Notes under the pieces: model-generated
The model's input: the letters and a program-made list of their open reading frames with translations, nothing else
What the model was told of the DNA's origin: nothing
Database searches by the model: none
Shown: piece after piece, positions 19,858 to 31,100 of the stretch
Layout: every line of letters starts with the position of its first letter
Position numbering within the stretch: position 1 is the stretch's first letter
Program-made: the position numbers and the translations under genes
Source of the DNA: Escherichia phage DT57C
DNA length: 64,000 nucleotides
Sequence record: NC_027356.1
Direction: 5' to 3' (one strand)

Positions 19858-20623
19858 GTCTTGGGGCGAAACTACTGGCGGTTCTAACGATAAAATCGAA
19901 TTCCTGAAGTTCAACAACGGTATCACTCGTGTTCGTATCGTTTCTGGTGTTCTTCCACGTTATGTCTATTGGCTGACTAATAAAGAGGGTGGCGTAGCTC
20001 CTTTCGAATGTCTCCGTTTTAACCGTGACAAAGAGAGTTTTGTTCGTGGTAAAGCTGATCCGGTTCATGAGATGGGCTTCTTTGAGAAAGAGCTGGATAA
20101 AGATGGTAATCGTGTTCCACTGAAACCGAAGAAAAACTATATCGCTTTTGTTATCGACCGTTCTGATAACAAACTGAAAGTAATGGAAGTCAAAGCTACT
20201 ATTCTGAAAGGCATCCAGTCTATCATGAAGCAGTTGAATCTGGCAACCCCGTTTGATATTGATATTTCTATCGAGAAAAAAGGCAAGGGTTTCGATACTG
20301 AGTATGATGTACAGCAGATTGCTGCTATGCAGTTCCAGATTAAGCTGCAAGATCCTAACAGTGCAGAATCTAAGCAATATGCTGCGGATGTAGATCTGAT
20401 TGGTGAAGCTATGTGTGATGAAGATGGCGACATCATTAAGTTCGAAAAAGTTCCTTCCCTGGAACAAACCTATCCGGTTCCTACCTATGAAGAGCAGAAA
20501 GAAGCAATTCAAGCCTTCATGGAAGGTCGTGAGAATAAAGATGATGATGCCAAATCTGGTAACAGCAATGCTGGTTCCCAGAAAGGTATTGACCAAGAAG
20601 CTGCAAGCGATCTGGACGACTAA
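19850..20623 (+). CDS. D11-like protein; possible ssDNA-binding protein
   Basis: 257 aa; host-like high-expression codon usage; acidic C-terminal tail (...SDLDD) typical of SSBs; function inferred. Confidence 0.5.
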   Translation: MAKSWGETTGGSNDKIEFLKFNNGITRVRIVSGVLPRYVYWLTNKEGGVAPFECLRFNRDKESFVRGKADPVHEMGFFEKELDKDGNRVPLKPKKNYIAFVIDRSDNKLKVMEVKATILKGIQSIMKQLNLATPFDIDISIEKKGKGFDTEYDVQQIAAMQFQIKLQDPNSAESKQYAADVDLIGEAMCDEDGDIIKFEKVPSLEQTYPVPTYEEQKEAIQAFMEGRENKDDDAKSGNSNAGSQKGIDQEAASDLDD

Positions 20624-20628
20624 TAAAT

Positions 20629-20656
20629 AGAGGGGCTTCGGCCCCTTTCTTTTTAA
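20629..20656 (+). terminator. rho-independent terminator
   Basis: AGGGGC-TTCG-GCCCCT hairpin plus T-run. Confidence 0.7.
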
Positions 20657-20659
20657 CTT

Positions 20660-21637
20660 ATGAGAATATTATTTAGTGCTGATCATCATATCAAACTAGG
20701 GCAAGATAAAATCCCCAAAGAATGGCAGAAGCGTCGCTTCCTGATGCTAGGAGAACGGTTAAATGATATATTCCATAATCATAACTGTGATTTGCATATT
20801 ATTGGTGGTGATTTATTTGATCATTCCGACCCGTCGTCAGAAGAAATAGAACTGCTTGAACAGTTTATGTCAAGACTTGACCATCCCGGCAAAATCTTTA
20901 CTGGAAATCATGAAATGTTAACTAAAACCATTTCGTGTCTATATCATTATGCGGGAGTTATTAATAAAGTAACTAGTGGGAAGTGGGAAGTAATTACCAA
21001 ACCATATCGTTCCCCTGAATTTGATATTGTTCCATATGATGAGATTCATAAACCCAAGTGGAAACCTGCTGAATCAAAACTATGTTTCACGCATGTTCGT
21101 GGTGAAATCCCTCCACATGTAAAACCAGAAATTGATCTAACTAAGTACAACTGTTATGATACTGTAATTGCTGGCGATTTACACTCTTATACTAATAGCC
21201 AGACTATCGGATCTACCAGACTTCTCTACCCAGGGTCTCCATTAACTACATCGTTCCATAGAGAACGCACAAAAGGTACAAATGGTTGCTTTATCATTGA
21301 TACCGACACATTAAAAGTAGAATGGATTGAACTAGGTGATTTACCACAACTGATTCGTAAAACAATCGGAGCAGGTGAAGAGATGGAACCTAGTGATTAT
21401 GATCGTGTAGTCTACGAAGTTACTGGTGACGTTGTTCAATTAAAGTCTATCAAAGACTCTGATTTATTAGATAAGAAGATTAACCATCGAGTTACTAAAG
21501 ACGCTAAGTTAAATCTTGTTGATCTTGATATGTTAGGTGAACTTGAACTTTACTTCCGTGAAGTCGAGAAGCTATCTCAAGGCGACATTGATAGAATCTT
21601 GGCTAGAGCTGCGAAATATGTCAAAGATTACAATTAA
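20660..21637 (+). CDS. SbcD/Mre11-like nuclease (D12-like)
   Basis: metallophosphatase motifs DHH, GDLFDH, GNHE. Confidence 0.8.
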   Translation: MRILFSADHHIKLGQDKIPKEWQKRRFLMLGERLNDIFHNHNCDLHIIGGDLFDHSDPSSEEIELLEQFMSRLDHPGKIFTGNHEMLTKTISCLYHYAGVINKVTSGKWEVITKPYRSPEFDIVPYDEIHKPKWKPAESKLCFTHVRGEIPPHVKPEIDLTKYNCYDTVIAGDLHSYTNSQTIGSTRLLYPGSPLTTSFHRERTKGTNGCFIIDTDTLKVEWIELGDLPQLIRKTIGAGEEMEPSDYDRVVYEVTGDVVQLKSIKDSDLLDKKINHRVTKDAKLNLVDLDMLGELELYFREVEKLSQGDIDRILARAAKYVKDYN

Positions 21638-23456
21638 GACACTAAAATTTAGTAACGTTATGTCTTACGGTAAGGGCATCGTAATTCATTTCGATAAGAA
21701 TCCAGTTACTCAACTAATTGGCGGCAATGGACTAGGGAAATCCACCATCGCTACGGTTATAGAAGAGCTATTCTATAATAAAAATTCTCGAGGTATCAAG
21801 AAGGATGCATTGTTCTCTTGGAATGCCCCTAGGAAAGAATACGATATGCACGCTTATTTCTCGAAAGATGATGATGAGTATGAGCTGCATAAAGTTGTCA
21901 AGTCAACTGCTAAAGTAACGTTGATTAAGAATGGGGAAGATATTAGTGGACATACGGCAACCCAAACATACAAGATGATTGAAGAGATTATGGGTGGTGA
22001 TTTTCAAACATTCACCAAACTAATTTATCAATCAGTGGGTTCCAACCTAGATTTTCTAAAAGCAACGGATGCAACACGTAAGGCTTTTCTTGTTAACCTG
22101 TTTAACCAGGAACAATACAAAGAAATGTCGGAAACTATTAAGGCTGACCGCAAAGAAATAGCAAATACCTTAAATAATTTGCAGGGCCAAATGGCTGTAA
22201 TTACGAAAATCCTTAATGGAAAAAATAATCTAGGAACCTTGCAGGAACCTGTAGAAGTACCGGAGTTTGATGAAGAACCATTAGCACAAGAACTTACTGA
22301 ATCGAAAATTAAGGCGGCATTAGCCAAGTCACAAGAGGCTAATATTACTAAGTTGCGTAATTTGGACAAAGCTGTACAAGTTGCCGAACAATCTTTCGAA
22401 CCTTTCAAAAATTTGCCCGCGCCCACCGACCAAAATGAAGAGATCTCGAGTGTTACGCGTGACCTAACGATTGTGACCTCACGTGCGAGCGAAGTTAAGA
22501 AACGTTATCAGAAGTTCAAGCAAGAGGCTTCAAATACTGAATGCCCTACTTGCGGTACTCATCTGGATACAACTGCTGCTCAAAAAGCAATGGATATGGC
22601 TAGAACAGAATATGATCCTCTGTTCAAAGAGAAGCAATCTCTTGAAGCTAAGCTAGAACAGTTGAAGAAAGAACAACTTGAGTACGTTGCGTATACTAGA
22701 GCAAAGGATGCTTTGGATAAAGCAGTGGTAGCTAGAGACGAGTTCAAAAATTCAATGAGTGATGCTTCTTTTGAAGAACTCAATGTGCAAATCCTACAGG
22801 TGCAAATCCGACAATTAGAACAGGAAATCGCTGATGGCCGCTCTAAGGTTGCAATTGCCAAAGAGCATAATGCAAATGTCGAATTAGCCAATGCAAAATA
22901 TAAAGCAAAGCTAGAACAGATTGAGAAAGCTGAAGCAGAAATGTCTGAGATTACTTCCAAACTTGATGGAGTAGCCGAAGCTGTAGCTGATCTCGATATT
23001 CTAATTGCTGCATTGAAAAATCTGGTGGGATATAAACTAGAACATAGTGTGAAAGTATTTGAAGAACTAATTAATAAATACCTTTCCATTATGACTGGCG
23101 GTAAATTCGCACTTGGATTTGAACTTGATGAAACAAAATTACAAGTAGTAATCTTCAATGATGGAAACCGTACCAGTATGGAGAACTGCTCTACTGGTCA
23201 GCAAAGTCGAATTAATCTAGCAACCCTGCTAGCTATTCGGATGCTGTTAACCTCTATTAGTAAAGTTAATATTAATCTTCTATTCCTTGATGAAGTAATT
23301 AGCTTTATTGATACGAAAGGACTTGATACTCTCGTTGAACTATTAAATGAGGAAGAAAGTCTAAATTCTATCATTGTTTCTCACGGGCATACGCATCCAT
23401 TGGCTCATAAGATTACTGTCAAGAAAGATGCAGAAGGATTTTCCTACTTAGAATAA
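21618..23456 (+). CDS. SbcC/Rad50-like ATPase (D13-like)
   Basis: Walker A GGNGLGKST, long coiled coil, CPTCG zinc hook, signature STGQQSR, Walker B LLFLDE; ATG at 21618 (track ORF opens at 21537). Confidence 0.8.
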   Translation: MSKITIKTLKFSNVMSYGKGIVIHFDKNPVTQLIGGNGLGKSTIATVIEELFYNKNSRGIKKDALFSWNAPRKEYDMHAYFSKDDDEYELHKVVKSTAKVTLIKNGEDISGHTATQTYKMIEEIMGGDFQTFTKLIYQSVGSNLDFLKATDATRKAFLVNLFNQEQYKEMSETIKADRKEIANTLNNLQGQMAVITKILNGKNNLGTLQEPVEVPEFDEEPLAQELTESKIKAALAKSQEANITKLRNLDKAVQVAEQSFEPFKNLPAPTDQNEEISSVTRDLTIVTSRASEVKKRYQKFKQEASNTECPTCGTHLDTTAAQKAMDMARTEYDPLFKEKQSLEAKLEQLKKEQLEYVAYTRAKDALDKAVVARDEFKNSMSDASFEELNVQILQVQIRQLEQEIADGRSKVAIAKEHNANVELANAKYKAKLEQIEKAEAEMSEITSKLDGVAEAVADLDILIAALKNLVGYKLEHSVKVFEELINKYLSIMTGGKFALGFELDETKLQVVIFNDGNRTSMENCSTGQQSRINLATLLAIRMLLTSISKVNINLLFLDEVISFIDTKGLDTLVELLNEEESLNSIIVSHGHTHPLAHKITVKKDAEGFSYLE

Positions 23457-23459
23457 AAC

Positions 23460-23942
23460 ATGGCCGTAGATAGTAGAGAGAAAGGCAAACGTGGTGAATA
23501 TCAGGTAAGAGATATTCTACGTGAGCGTACTGGTCTTGAGTGGGAACGTGTTCCAGGCTCTGGTGCTTTTGGCCAGAGCCACGGACTGAAAGGTGACATT
23601 TACCTTCCCCCACAAAGTGGACATATTAGTAAATACTGCTTCGAAGTTAAGTGGTATAAAGACGACGCATTATCAAGTAATTTATTTAATGTTGGTGAAT
23701 CCACTCTAGAGAAGTGGTGGCAGCAGTGCTCACGTGAAGGTGAGCAGATGAACTCCAAGCCCGCATTAATATTCAAAAAAGACAGAGGACAGTGGTTAAT
23801 AGCTTTGGATAGCTCGGACCCGATGGTTGACAACTTAATGAGTCGTACCCATATGGTGTTAAATAAGAAAGATATGGAAATTGTAATAGGGTTGTTTGAA
23901 CCGTGGCTACATCATGCATCTGTTGAGGACTTAATTAAATAA
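23460..23942 (+). CDS. PD-(D/E)xK nuclease; putative Holliday-junction resolvase (D14-like)
   Basis: E...D...EVK catalytic pattern (GEYQVRD, GDIY, FEVK), reminiscent of Hjc-type resolvases. Confidence 0.5.
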   Translation: MAVDSREKGKRGEYQVRDILRERTGLEWERVPGSGAFGQSHGLKGDIYLPPQSGHISKYCFEVKWYKDDALSSNLFNVGESTLEKWWQQCSREGEQMNSKPALIFKKDRGQWLIALDSSDPMVDNLMSRTHMVLNKKDMEIVIGLFEPWLHHASVEDLIK

Positions 23943-24817
23943 TGAGTAAATCCTGGGGAAAATTTATTGAAGAAGAGGAAGCTGAAATGGCTTCCCGTCG
24001 TAACCTAATGATTGTCGATGGAACTAACTTAGGCTTTCGCTTCAAACATAATAATAGTAAGAAACCATTTGCCTCAAGTTATGTTTCCACTATTCAGTCT
24101 CTGGCAAAGTCTTATTCTGCTAGAACTACAATAGTTTTAGGGGATAAGGGGAAATCTGTATTTCGTCTAGAACATCTACCAGAGTATAAAGGTAATCGTG
24201 ATGAAAAGTACGCACAACGTACAGAAGAAGAGAAAGCGCTAGATGAGCAGTTCTTTGAATATTTGAAAGATGCTTTCGAGTTGTGTGAAACTACATTCCC
24301 AACCTTCACTATTCGTGGTGTAGAAGCTGATGATATGGCAGCTTATATTGTTAAGCTCATCGGGCATCTTTATGATCACGTTTGGTTGATTTCTACCGAT
24401 GGTGACTGGGACACTTTATTAACAGATAAAGTTTCTCGTTTTTCTTTCACAACACGTCGTGAATATCATCTTCGTGATATGTATGAGCATCATAATGTTG
24501 ACGATGTAGAGCAGTTTATTTCCCTGAAAGCAATTATGGGAGATCTAGGGGATAATATCCGGGGTGTTGAAGGTATTGGGGCAAAACGCGGGTATAACAT
24601 TATTCGTGAATTCGGTAATGTTCTGGATATTATTGATCAGCTTCCACTACCTGGAAAACAGAAATATATACAGAATTTAAATGCTTCGGAAGAATTGCTC
24701 TACCGAAACCTAATTCTAGTTGATTTACCTACCTACTGTGTGGATGCTATTGCTGCTGTGGGTCAAGACGTATTAGATAAGTTTACAAAAGATATTTTGG
24801 AGATTGCAGAACAATGA
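23942..24817 (+). CDS. D15: flap endonuclease / 5'-3' exonuclease (T5 D15-type)
   Basis: 291 aa, the size of T5 exonuclease; acidic catalytic clusters (VDGTNL, GDKG, STDGDWD); helix-3-turn-helix region GVEGIGAKRG. Confidence 0.85.
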   Translation: MSKSWGKFIEEEEAEMASRRNLMIVDGTNLGFRFKHNNSKKPFASSYVSTIQSLAKSYSARTTIVLGDKGKSVFRLEHLPEYKGNRDEKYAQRTEEEKALDEQFFEYLKDAFELCETTFPTFTIRGVEADDMAAYIVKLIGHLYDHVWLISTDGDWDTLLTDKVSRFSFTTRREYHLRDMYEHHNVDDVEQFISLKAIMGDLGDNIRGVEGIGAKRGYNIIREFGNVLDIIDQLPLPGKQKYIQNLNASEELLYRNLILVDLPTYCVDAIAAVGQDVLDKFTKDILEIAEQ

Positions 24818-25260
24818 TTAAAATTAAGTTAACTCATCCAGATTGTATGCCTAAGATTGGCTCTGAAGATGCCGCAGGCATGGATCTGCGAGCATTCTTT
24901 GGTACTAACCCTGCTGCAGATTTACGTGCTATTGCACCAGGCAAATCCTTAATGATTGACACCGGTGTCGCGGTAGAAATTCCGCGAGGTTGGTTCGGTT
25001 TGGTGGTTCCGCGTAGTTCTTTAGGAAAGCGTCATCTGATGATTGCAAATACCGCGGGGGTGATTGATTCAGACTATCGTGGTACTATTAAGATGAACCT
25101 TTATAACTACGGTTCTGAAATTCAAACTCTGGAGAATTTTGAAAGACTTTGCCAGTTAGTGGTACTACCGCACTACTCAACCCATAATTTTAAAATCGTT
25201 GACAAACTAGAGGAGACTGATCGTGGAGAAGGTGGATTTGGAAGCTCAGGAAGTAAGTAA
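24814..25260 (+). CDS. dut: dUTPase
   Basis: dUTPase motifs AAGMDL, GVIDSDYRG, RGEGGFGSSG. Confidence 0.85.
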   Translation: MIKIKLTHPDCMPKIGSEDAAGMDLRAFFGTNPAADLRAIAPGKSLMIDTGVAVEIPRGWFGLVVPRSSLGKRHLMIANTAGVIDSDYRGTIKMNLYNYGSEIQTLENFERLCQLVVLPHYSTHNFKIVDKLEETDRGEGGFGSSGSK

Positions 25261-25495
25261 TTTTACTGATCCTAATGGGGTAGACTTAGACTTAGCTGAA
25301 CCTACTAATTTCTATCATGTGGCTGTTGCTCAGCCTGATCTTAACAAAATTGTACTTAAAGTCGATATGTTTGGTAATGTGGAACATTGGGATGAGGAAG
25401 GATTCTTGAACTTATGTAATGAGTCTCAAGACCCAACTCTCAAAGCCCTGTTAGCCGTATACAATTTAGGTATTATCAAAGGAAGTAAAGATTAA
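25223..25495 (+). CDS. hypothetical protein (90 aa)
   Basis: last ORF of the early operon before the bidirectional terminator. Confidence 0.4.
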   Translation: MEKVDLEAQEVSNFTDPNGVDLDLAEPTNFYHVAVAQPDLNKIVLKVDMFGNVEHWDEEGFLNLCNESQDPTLKALLAVYNLGIIKGSKD

Positions 25496-25496
25496 T

Positions 25497-25540
25497 AAAA
25501 AACCCCCAGTGGACAATCCACTGGGGGTTTTTTATTTATT
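25497..25540. terminator. bidirectional terminator between early (+) and late (-) modules
   Basis: 11-bp perfect stem CCCCCAGTGGA/TCCACTGGGGG flanked by an A-run and a T-run. Confidence 0.75.
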
Positions 25541-25717
25541 TACCTACCTTTAACTCAGCAATCTCGGCTTACGTTGCCTAGATATTCGGTATCAACGTTT
25601 ACACAGTGTGCGTCGTATTCCACAGCATGAGATGTGTATAGAGTTCCTTCTGCTCCAGTAAGTACCACCTGGCTAACACCCGCATACTTACCGGAGCCTT
25701 TCAGCGCCTTGAGTGAA

Positions 25718-28084
25718 TTATTTCGCTGCCTTCAGCGCGGCTATCTCTGCCTTCAAATCCTCGATTTGCTTATTGAGATACTGCACACAACCCATCAAAT
25801 CCATAACGATCGGGTTTACATCCACCGACGGCCTGTCGCGGGTCTTACCACCGATAATAGCGTTAGTCTCTGGGTCCACCTCCACATCGTACGTCTCTTC
25901 TCGATGTTTGATGTATTGAGGTGCAATCGCTTCAGCCTCCTCGGCAATTATGCCGAAGCGGACGCGCTCCTGCACATCGTCCTTATACACGTAGTTCACC
26001 ATGCGCATTTGTTCAATACGTGCAACCGCTTCTGTAACGTCTGCATTGACAATATCTTTCTTAAAGTCCCGCCCCGATGTGCCTTGCAAGGCAAGAACAC
26101 CACCAGATGAAGGCCAGTTGATTGTAATGCCAGTGCCGTTTCCCTTCTCAAAATATTTATAGATCTGGTTACTATTGATATTAACCGAATCCCACATCGT
26201 GCGGAAATTACCAGCCGGGACTGAATCTTTTGCGTTGTGTAGAACGAAAGACTTCACCGGACCGTCGGTAGTCGGGCGAATGGTTATATCACGGGCCCAC
26301 ACTACTCCGCCTGTTCCCGCTCCGGGGATCTCCACGACGGTATCTCGGTACGCGCCCGACGCGTCATATGATTGCAACTTAAAATTGCCCGAAGCGTCGT
26401 TAATCCCCATACGCCAGCGTACTTTATCGGCGGAATCCGCCCAACATACACCGTCAAAATCGGAGTTCACCGAGTTCACAACTATACTATTCGGTATAGT
26501 TAGTTTACCTGTTTCGTCAAAATCCAGATTCGCGCTTCTTTGTGTGGTACTGTTCGTTACGGAAATACGAGCAGAATAGTTACCGCCGATATCGGCACGG
26601 GCACAGAAACTAGCTTCAGCCTCATTGGCGCCACTAATCTTGTACAATGAGAATATGTTACCACCTTGAGCAATTGTGCCGTTAGCTGGACGTGTCGCAT
26701 CACCATTGATCACACTCCAAGACGTATTCGCCGCCACGAACCCGCCTGACGCTCGAATAACCCACACACCCATGAAGTTATTTGGACGCAACTCCGTTAC
26801 GGTCCGACCATAGATCGCGCTGACCCTCGAGGCGTCCAGGTTAATGATGCCGTAGGAGACCGCGCCGCTACTAACAGTTAGGTTGCTTGGCGTCCGATAT
26901 TGCGAATCCGCGCCACCAGACCCATGGAACGCGCCACTTTCACCGTTGATAATACTTGCGGACCCGCCGCCGTGTAATTCGACGCGGCCTGTGATGTTAG
27001 GTGCTCCTGATTCGTAGATATACCCATCGTTGCCACTTTGCCCGCCGTCCCCCCGGCAGAACAAGCCGAATATTGACCCAGGCTGAACACCATTACGGTC
27101 TGGCACTCGGAAGGTCGTTGTGCCGTCACCAGTAGAATACTTGCCGCGCTGATTTGGGTTAGCCAGCCAGGTAGCGTCACTAATTGGCGATAGCATTTGC
27201 GCATACGCCCAGAGTTCGGGCCAGTCAGCACGATTCAACAACTGACCATCACTCACCACCTCGTACGGCTGAATGTATGCGCGACTATCCCGCAGGTGAA
27301 AGTCACCTACCCCATAGTTCATAACGCCATTCATGGTAGGTCCAACTGTACCAGTGTTAATCTTATTCTCTACCCAACGTTTGGTTACAGCATCGTAGTC
27401 CCCCACAGGGTCCCCCGCAAGAGGGGTGGACCCTTGTGGTCTTACAACGTCCCATAAAGCTTCTCTATTATTTACCCCGGTACCCCCTTGTTCAACCGGG
27501 AGTGCTAACCACTCATTCTCTGTATCACTATAAACTCCCCAAGTACCATTATTTTGAATAGTTAATCTAGAATTCTTATCACCACTGTAGATTATGGTTT
27601 CTGTTTCGGACTCCTGACTAAATCTATCGAGTTCCAGTGCGGTTTTAGCCCCCTCTAGTGTAGAAGAACCAGTACCACCTTGAGCAATCGTAATAGCCTT
27701 AGTAAGCGCATTTAATTCTGTAATATCATTATTAGCACCTTTAGCAGCTTTAGCTTCGAGACTGGTATCAACTTCATCTAGCTTAGTATTAATACCTTCA
27801 ATAGAGGTATTAATGCCGCCTAAAGCGGTATTAATATTACCAACAGACTCGTTAATACTGCCAATAGATGTATCGATTCCATCAATACGAGTATCAATTC
27901 CAGTTAAACGAGTATTTAATTCTTCTTTATCTATAGTGTAGTTAGATATTTGAAGATACTTGGAGGTTAGTGCAACAGCACCAGCCTCCCCATCAACAGA
28001 GAAAACGCCTGCAACCGCAGCATCTCTGTTAACTACAACGTATGGCGCCATTGCGCCGGATTTAGGCATTAATGGTCTAGACAT
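25718..28084 (-). CDS. ltfB: L-shaped tail fibre protein B with C-terminal intramolecular chaperone domain
   Basis: 788 aa; tail-collar-type receptor-binding module; C-terminal chaperone/autoproteolysis domain (VRFGIIAEEAEAIAPQYIKH...VDVNPIVMDLMGC); shares long modules with LtfA. Confidence 0.75.
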   Translation of the reverse strand: MSRPLMPKSGAMAPYVVVNRDAAVAGVFSVDGEAGAVALTSKYLQISNYTIDKEELNTRLTGIDTRIDGIDTSIGSINESVGNINTALGGINTSIEGINTKLDEVDTSLEAKAAKGANNDITELNALTKAITIAQGGTGSSTLEGAKTALELDRFSQESETETIIYSGDKNSRLTIQNNGTWGVYSDTENEWLALPVEQGGTGVNNREALWDVVRPQGSTPLAGDPVGDYDAVTKRWVENKINTGTVGPTMNGVMNYGVGDFHLRDSRAYIQPYEVVSDGQLLNRADWPELWAYAQMLSPISDATWLANPNQRGKYSTGDGTTTFRVPDRNGVQPGSIFGLFCRGDGGQSGNDGYIYESGAPNITGRVELHGGGSASIINGESGAFHGSGGADSQYRTPSNLTVSSGAVSYGIINLDASRVSAIYGRTVTELRPNNFMGVWVIRASGGFVAANTSWSVINGDATRPANGTIAQGGNIFSLYKISGANEAEASFCARADIGGNYSARISVTNSTTQRSANLDFDETGKLTIPNSIVVNSVNSDFDGVCWADSADKVRWRMGINDASGNFKLQSYDASGAYRDTVVEIPGAGTGGVVWARDITIRPTTDGPVKSFVLHNAKDSVPAGNFRTMWDSVNINSNQIYKYFEKGNGTGITINWPSSGGVLALQGTSGRDFKKDIVNADVTEAVARIEQMRMVNYVYKDDVQERVRFGIIAEEAEAIAPQYIKHREETYDVEVDPETNAIIGGKTRDRPSVDVNPIVMDLMGCVQYLNKQIEDLKAEIAALKAAK

Positions 28085-28122
28085 TTTATTACCTTGTAGG
28101 AGGGCCGAAGCCCCTTTCTTTT

Positions 28123-31100
28123 TTATTCCTTAGATTCTAGTTCTGCAATACGCGCTTCCAGAGCCGCTATTTTTGCATTAAGCGCCTGAACACACCCCAT
28201 CAGGTCCATGACGATTGGGTTGACGTCGACGGAAGGTCTGTCCCTTGTCTTCTCGCCAATCTTATTCCCTTCTTCGTCAAGAATGTCCTCGTAAGATACC
28301 TGATTATGTTTGATGTATTGCGGAGCGATCAACTCTGCTTCTTCAGCAATCACACCGAATCGAACACGTTCTTGTTCATCATCTTTGTAGACGAAGTTTA
28401 CAAGGCGTTGCCCGTTAATTCGGTCCATAGCCTCTTGGGCATCAGCGTCTGTAACATCCTTTTTGTACTCAATGCCCGACGTACCTTGTAGCGCGATGGC
28501 CCCGCCGGTGGTTGGGAACGAGACGATGATCTGCCCCGCTTGGTTGCCATCCCCGCGTCGCCTGATAAGGTTAACGCCAGACACATTCCCATCTGTACCA
28601 GATACCTCAATAATCGTACTCCCGCCGATCTGCGTAGCAGGTGTGTTATACCGATTTGATTTAAAGTTTATGCCAGGCCATCCCTGGTTCTGGATAGTAA
28701 GATTACCATCGGAGTAAATTGCTCCCTTAGAGTGCAGGTTTTCCGCTGAGAAAGTGCCTAGATCATTAAAGTCGTAAACGGCGGTGCGGTTGGCGGTGGC
28801 GTTATAAACGTTCAAACGTGCGTAGTGTTCAGCCCCGATCTGCGCTCGTATACGCCAGCTCATTTGCGCTTCTCTAACGCCGTTAACGTTATAACGTGAA
28901 ATGATTTCGCCGCCGTCAGCAGTTGTACCGTCAGCTGGACGCGTCGCATCACCGTTAATCACAGACCACGACGTATTCGCAGCAACAAATCCGCCCGATG
29001 CACGAATCACCCAAACGCCAGTGAATGCTTTGGGTCTGACTTCTGTTGAACCTCTACCATAGACTGGGCTTGAATTTGATGCGAAGAATTCAAACCCAGA
29101 AGGATACGTCGCTGCAGTACCGTCAGCTGCAGATATCTCTGACAACCTTTTATATTTTGCTTGTGATAAGACAGCAGAGAATGCACCTGTCCCTGTGTTG
29201 GCTTCATAAATAGTGCCTGTTGACGCGTAAACCAATCGGCCAAATGAGCCTGTAATGTTTGGTGCAGCACTGTCAAGAATGGTCCCACCAGTAGATGACG
29301 CCCCGCCATCACCACGCCCAAACAGTGCAGATATTGAACCTGTTTGAACGCCGTTTCTGTCGGGCACACGGAAAGTCGTTGAGCCATCGCCAAGAGAATA
29401 CTGACCGCGCTTTGTTGGGTCAGCAAGCCAATCAGCATCAGAAATAGGGGAAAGCATTTGAGCATAAGCCCACAACTCAGGCCAATCAGCCCTGTTAAGA
29501 AGCTGGCCATCAGAAACTACCTCATAAGGTTGAATATACGCACGGCTATCACGAAGGTGGAAATCACCTACACCATAGTTCATGACACCATTCATTGTTG
29601 GCCCTACTGTACCGGTGTTAATCTTATTCTCTACCCAACGCTTAGTAACAGCATCGTAGTCGCCAACAGGATCACCAGCCAGCGGCGTGGAGCCAATCGG
29701 ACGCACGTTAAGCCATGCGGCAGCACGATCTGCCAAATCCGAAAGGTTATTAGCTTTTAATAAGTAATCAGTATCTGACTGAGTTTTAGCGTCTGCTAAA
29801 GCAGAATCAACCTCCACCTTAGTATACGTGGTAGCAATATCAGCCTTATCTGCTAAAGCAGAATCAACTTCCGTCTTAGTATACGTGGTAGCAATATCAG
29901 CCTTATCTGCTAAAGCAGAATCAACCTCCGTAGTACTATATAACTCGAGGGCTATACGGGCGTCTTCTTTAGTTGTTGCACCAGTACCGCCTTGGTTAAT
30001 ACTAACAGTACCTTGTAGTGAGGTATCAATTTCAACGTTACCAGTTATAGCATCTGGAGAGATACCATTAACTGTCACAACATAAGGAATCTGATCTTTA
30101 ATAACGCCAGCATCTTCTTCGCCTTTAGTTGGTGCACGGAATGCCTGTCCTTGCATCATATCTGGTAGACGGAAGGTTGTGGAGCCATCACCCGTAGAGA
30201 AGTAAAGAGACGCACCGGCTTGCCATTCAGCTTCTGATACAGAAGGAATTAAGCCAGCCTCAATAGCCTCCCAAGTATCTGGATAGTCTACACGAAGAAC
30301 TTCACGGCCATCAGCAGGAAGAACACCAGGGTAGCCAACACCTGAATCTTTATCATAAGGGAACCAAGTAACTTCACCCAGCCATAAAGAGGGGTTACCA
30401 CCAGGAAGAGTAATCTGTACGTTACCTGCGTCATCTGCACGAACGTTGTTAACAGAAGTTAGCTTTTGCTCTGTTTCTACTAACTCTAATACTGGAGTCT
30501 CAGCAGTTCCAGCTACTTTGTACCACCCATATTTTGAGTTAGTTTGGTTCCAGACTAGAACCTTTTCGTCTAGCACACGGTTTACAACATCAGCATCAGC
30601 TTCTGCTTTAGTCTTATAAACTTTGATAAAACCAGAAATATCTACTTTATCAAGTTTACTATCAACAATCTGAGTTGCACGATCTGCCTCAGCTTTAGCA
30701 CGATCTGCCTCAGTAGTAGCATCGATAGCTTTATCACCGGCTTCAGTAGCAGAACCAGCAGCATTAGTTTCAGAAATCTTAGCGTTTAGTTCTGATTGCC
30801 TTGCAGCAGCAGCATGTTCGCCAGCAGTGGTAGCAGCAGCATCAGCCCCATCTTTAGCTGTTTCAGCACCAGTCTTAGCAGCTTCTGCAGCTGTTTGAGC
30901 TTGTTGCGCAGCTGTTTTAGCTTGTTCAGCTAGTAAACGACTTTGTTCAGCATTCTGCGCTGCCAATTCTGCAGAGTCTCTAAATCCCTCTGATTCTTGC
31001 GCAGAAGCTGCAGAATTATCTGCACTACCCTTAGATAAACCAGCTTGCCTTTCAGATTCAGCAGCAGAAGCCGCTGATTGAGAAGCAGATTCCTCAGAAG

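Noticed and set aside
19832-23158. Long antisense ORFs inside D11 and D13 (19832..20596 -, 22580..23158 -) and similar ones inside other large genes (11647..12156 -, 29007..29510 +/-)
   Set aside because: They fall entirely within well-supported genes on the opposite strand, lack an RBS and have low-complexity products.
25634-26110. Plus-strand ORFs 25634..26110 and 25713..25919
   Set aside because: Antisense to the ltfB chaperone-domain coding region; GC-rich frames produce spurious open frames.
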